Source of the DNA: Octopus sinensis | Lineage: Eukaryota | DNA: 12,784 nucleotides | Reading direction: 5' to 3' | Assembly: GCF_006345805.1 (NCBI RefSeq) | Contig: NW_021826501.1 | Coordinates: 1 to 12,784, forward strand | Part shown: one piece after another, positions 9,262 through 12,784 of the stretch | How positions within the stretch are numbered: the first letter of the stretch is position 1 | Layout of the letters: every line of letters starts with the position of its first letter | Program-made: the position numbers and the translations under genes | Notes under the pieces: generated by a model | The model's database searches: none | What the model was told of the DNA's origin: nothing | Seen by the model: only the letters and a program-made list of their open reading frames with translations

Positions 9262-9674
9262 ACATTCACACACACACACTTATATATAAATGTGTATATA
9301 TAACTCCAATACAGAGCAAATAATTCACGACAAAAAGATAATTCACGAAAAAATAATTTGTGAAGATATCATTGACTCTATTATTATCTAGTGTAACAAT
9401 TTAAAAATGATAATCACAGAATCAATAATACAGGCGATTGCAGGCCCCCCAAAAAGCATTAAATAGCTGAAGGATTAAAATCATTCAAAGAATGTACCAC
9501 GTGTGTCTACCTGCTAGAAATAACAGTCAAGACTCATTTAAATTGCCAAAATACACTGATAATAACTACACAAATCCACGGTCCGGAGTAAACTAGCTAA
9601 GATAAACTTCCAGCATATATTCAAGTATTTGACCGGTTTCTGCACTGTCATAATAGCCTCAGCTTTCTCACCAT

Positions 9675-9825
9675 ATATATATACACAGATATATGCATAT
9701 ATATATATATAATTATATATATATATATATATGCATATATATACATATAATATTAACACATACATATATATATATACATATACATATATATATAAATGTG
9801 TTATATATATATTTATACAGATATG

Positions 9826-9885
<60 letters not shown>

Positions 9886-9991
9886 TATATATATATTATA
9901 TATGCATATATATACATATATCTTATATACACATACATATATATATAGTACATATATAGATACATATGTTATATTTAATTTATACAGATAT

Positions 9992-10028
<37 letters not shown>

Positions 10029-10050
10029 CATATCTATATATATATATTAT

Positions 10051-10080
<30 letters not shown>
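9675..10080. repeat. Imperfect (TA)n tract
   Basis: Directly visible. Confidence 0.92.
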
Positions 10081-10081
<1 letters not shown>

Positions 10082-10215
10082 GTTGGAATTTATAGAAAAA
10101 CAAAAGACAAAGACAGGTGTATGAACAACAGACAGGTGTATTAGGGAAAATGGAAAAGTCTTTTACGTTTCCAGCCTACGCTTTTCAGCAGAAAGGAATA
10201 AGAGAAAATAAAAAG
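10081..10215 (-). mobile_element. Probable Penelope-like element terminal remnant
   Basis: Carries minus-strand CTGCTGAA..GGAAACGT, matching the CTGANGA..CGAAACGT signature of PLE termini. No GIY-YIG or RT coding remnant is visible. Confidence 0.5.
10160..10195 (-). ncRNA. Degenerate minimal type I hammerhead ribozyme-like motif, probably inactive
   Basis: Minus strand reads CUUU-CUGCUGA-AA-AGC(GUAG)GCU-G-GAAAC-GUA-AAAG. This gives stem I CUUU/AAAG, a core with A6>C, a short stem II, GAAA, a palindromic ACGU and a GUA triplet. Confidence 0.45.
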
Positions 10216-10294
10216 ATATACATAGAAAAACATTTATATATAATACATATACAGATGTATAAATGTGTATATACAGATATATGTATGCGTATAA

Positions 10295-10337
<43 letters not shown>

Positions 10338-10656
10338 TTTATATATATATATAGAATATATGTATATGCGTAAAGGTATACATAGGTGTGTGTGCATATT
10401 AGTGTAAATTCACACACACATATATATGTGTATATATATGTGTGTGTATGTATATGTATGTATATATGTATATGTATATAAAATGCATATATATGTACGC
10501 ATACATATATGCATGTACATTCATACATGTGGGTACCTTGTTTGTTTGTGTGGGTATGTGTGTGTGCGTCTGTTTGTCTGTGTGTGTGTGTGCGTGCGTG
10601 TGTGTGTGTGTGTGTGTGTGTGCGTGTGTGTGTGTGTGTGTTTGTGTGTGTGTGTC
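10215..10656. repeat. Compound TA/GA/TATG/GT microsatellite tract
   Basis: Directly visible. Confidence 0.9.
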
Positions 10657-11050
10657 TGCTTGCCACGGAAACTAACTCTATAGAAAACATGATTTATTTG
10701 GCTGTTTTCTTCTATTTGTCCGTTTCCAATAAGCTGAAACAAAACTGTCTCAGCACTCTTGTACCAATTACAAAGTGGATTCGGAGAAATCTGATGACGG
10801 TCGAATACAAACAGACATTGTTAATTGATATAGAATTAAAGCCAATGATTAACACGTAAAGTAAATATTTGCACCGAGAAACCTGAAGCAGATAACGTTA
10901 CTCACGGTCATAGGAAGCACTCGATGTTAATGACTGCGGAAAATTATACAACGGTAATGAAACGCCCTCTCTAACGGCAAATAGCAGTTAGGTTCAGGTT
11001 TATCATAATAAACGTAGTAAAGAAACAAGATGCAAATATGGATGGAAGTT

Positions 11051-11269
11051 GGAGGGGGTGCTGAAAAGTTCCTGACTTTGGGTAAAAGAAAATAAAGGCA
11101 GATCAGTCACAATTTTAATCAGCATATTCCCCACCCCATCAGATTCACATAGCTATTGCAGTGGTCCTTCAGTTTTTCTAAGGCCTGTAAAAGAACTTGG
11201 AAGTTTGAGCCTCCAACCAGGCCTTCACAAGAACCTTAACCCCAGGAGCTTTTCAGCCCCCCCCCCTCG
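11051..11269 (-). mobile_element. Short non-autonomous mariner derivative (MITE-like), copy 1
   Basis: TIRs GGAGGGGGTGCTGAAAAGTTCCTG and CAGGAGCTTTTCAGCCCCCCCCCCTCG, with TA at 11270-11271; the left TA is mutated. The strand is taken from the transposase C-terminal remnant. Confidence 0.85.
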
Positions 11270-11271
11270 TA

Positions 11272-11293
11272 CATCTCTCTCCCCCTCTCCCTC

Positions 11294-11349
<56 letters not shown>

Positions 11350-11431
11350 CATACATACATACATACATACATACATACATACATACATACGTACGTACGT
11401 ACGTACATACATACATACATACATACATACA

Positions 11432-11462
<31 letters not shown>

Positions 11463-11463
11463 C
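11272..11463. repeat. (CT)n-(TA)n-(CATA)n microsatellite with an internal (CGTA)n patch
   Basis: Directly visible. Confidence 0.95.
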
Positions 11464-11751
11464 CTTTGTTAACCGTTAACATGGGAAATTCAATAAACAG
11501 TTACCAGGGTAGCAAAATTCACGCAAGTAACAAGGATGTAGCGACCTATTCAAAAGCAGAAACACCGGGTTAATGTGCAGTAATTTGTGTAGTATAAGTA
11601 AATAAATAGATGGATTGCATTTTACACCGTTTATTCCTTTGGAATAAAACCAATGTTGTCTTCGAAACATATGTCGAAAGTAAGAGAGTTTTAATAACAT
11701 CTTCGTTCAACTCCATTTATTTATTTACTTATATATATGTATATATATACA

Positions 11752-11959
11752 CAAAGGGCTACTGAAATGTTACTGACTTTGGGTAAAAGAAAATGCAGGA
11801 ATATCATTTAATTATGGTTTCATTCAACATATTCCTCCACACACATATTGCAGTGGTCCTTCAGTTTTTCTAAGCCCTGTAAAAGAACTCGGGAGCTTGG
11901 TCCTCCAACCAAGCCTTTTGGGACACCCTTAAAGCCAGGAACTTTTCAGTATTTCCTCG
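11752..11959 (-). mobile_element. Mariner derivative, copy 2
   Basis: Right TIR GCCAGGAACTTTTCAGTATTTCCTCG followed by TA; the left TIR is degenerate. It shares exact blocks CTGACTTTGGGTAAAAGAAAAT and TATTGCAGTGGTCCTTCAGTTTTTCTAAG with copy 1. The minus strand translates [19 protein letters not shown], like a mariner transposase C-terminus. Confidence 0.85.
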
Positions 11960-11980
11960 TATGTTCTCTTCGTAATGTCA

Positions 11981-12016
11981 AGGTCTTCGTTTCAATCCCA
12001 CTGCGTGGCACCATGA
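11981..12016 (+). mobile_element. Small SINE head fragment (B-box region)
   Basis: GGTCTTCGTTTCAATCCCACTGCGTGGCACC resembles copy B minus-strand GGTCTTGGGTTCAGTTCCACTGCG. Confidence 0.45.
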
Positions 12017-12194
12017 GATTGACTCTTTTAACATTGTGGAGATCGACTCCAGCGTCGTGAGGAAAGTTATGTAAACGATAGATGTGTCGGAGCCCTTTGG
12101 TTGGAATGTACCCGTATTGCTTTACACTGTCAGGATGTTTGTGTCTGATGATAACATGAAGGGTGCACATTTCTGTGGAATATCCAGGTACTTG

Positions 12195-12393
12195 CGGAGG
12201 GGTTGTTGAAAAGTTCCTGGCTTTAAGGGTATCGCGAAAGGCCTTGCTGGATGCTCAACCTTCCGAGTTTTTTTACAGGGCTTCGAAAATCTGAAGGAGC
12301 GCTACAATAAGCGGGCGAGAATCTCAGAGGGGAATATGTAGAATAAAACCATAATTAACTGACCCTCTTTATACAAAGCCAGGAACATCCTTG
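12195..12393 (+). mobile_element. Mariner derivative, copy 3, inverted relative to copies 1 and 2
   Basis: Left TIR GGAGGGGTTGTTGAAAAGTTCCTGGC; the right TIR is internally deleted (GCCAGGAAC-ATCCTTG) and followed by TA. The plus strand translates LDAQPSEFF / QGFENLKERYNK / LRGEYVE* across frameshifts. Confidence 0.82.
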
Positions 12394-12554
12394 TACATGT
12401 TATTTCGATGATTGGTGTAATCGTTTCATTCATTTTCCTATTTCGTGAAGAGAAGAAATGTAATTATTACATTTCTTATGAACTCAAGCAACCATTCGCT
12501 CACTTAGCAATGTGAATTTAATCTAGCCCTGACGACAATTCATGACGTGTATCG

Positions 12555-12784
12555 GTGGGGGTTGATGGTGGGTTTGGTGGTGGTGGTGGTGGTGGTGGTG
12601 TCGGTGGTGGTGGTGATGGTGGTGCAGATGGAGGATGTGGTCGTGGTGAGAGTGGTGTTTGCCGTCATAGTAATCGTGGTCATCGTGGTCATCGATATTG
12701 TGAAAGTTGTGGTGACCGTAATAGCTGCGTTGGTGGTGGTGATGATGGTGGTGGTGATGATGGTGGTGGTGATGATGGTGGTGG
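12555..12784. repeat. Imperfect (GGT)n/(GAT) trinucleotide tract running off the window end
   Basis: Directly visible. Confidence 0.9.

Noticed and set aside
11467-11481. Odd palindrome TGTTAAC-C-GTTAACA, and ATTGTACAAT near 2733-2742
   Set aside because: Isolated AT-rich palindromes with no supporting context.
12540-12784. Thr-rich minus-strand open frame suggesting a mucin-like exon
   Set aside because: Explained by a decayed (ACC)n repeat; it ends at TGA with no splice donor evidence. It cannot be fully excluded because it runs off the window.

Overview
This is repeat-saturated eukaryotic non-coding DNA, intronic or intergenic. From remembered SINE/LINE family sequences I infer a cephalopod, most likely Octopus; no database check was possible. 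I find no host protein-coding gene, RNA gene or CRISPR array, and nearly all listed ORFs are artefacts of stop-free microsatellites. The window holds large TA/CA/CATA/GATA/AAT/GGT microsatellite tracts, five tRNA-headed SINE copies of at least three architectures, and a decayed R4/Dong-type non-LTR retrotransposon (about 6058-8110). It also holds probable Penelope-like terminal remnants and three copies of a short mariner derivative. The most notable structures are: (i) a near-perfect 124-bp inverted duplication inside the dead reverse transcriptase; (ii) a 575-bp non-coding retroposon nested in a SINE with a 9-bp target-site duplication; (iii) a degenerate minimal hammerhead-ribozyme motif. 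None of these demonstrates a new biological system; they are candidates for follow-up.
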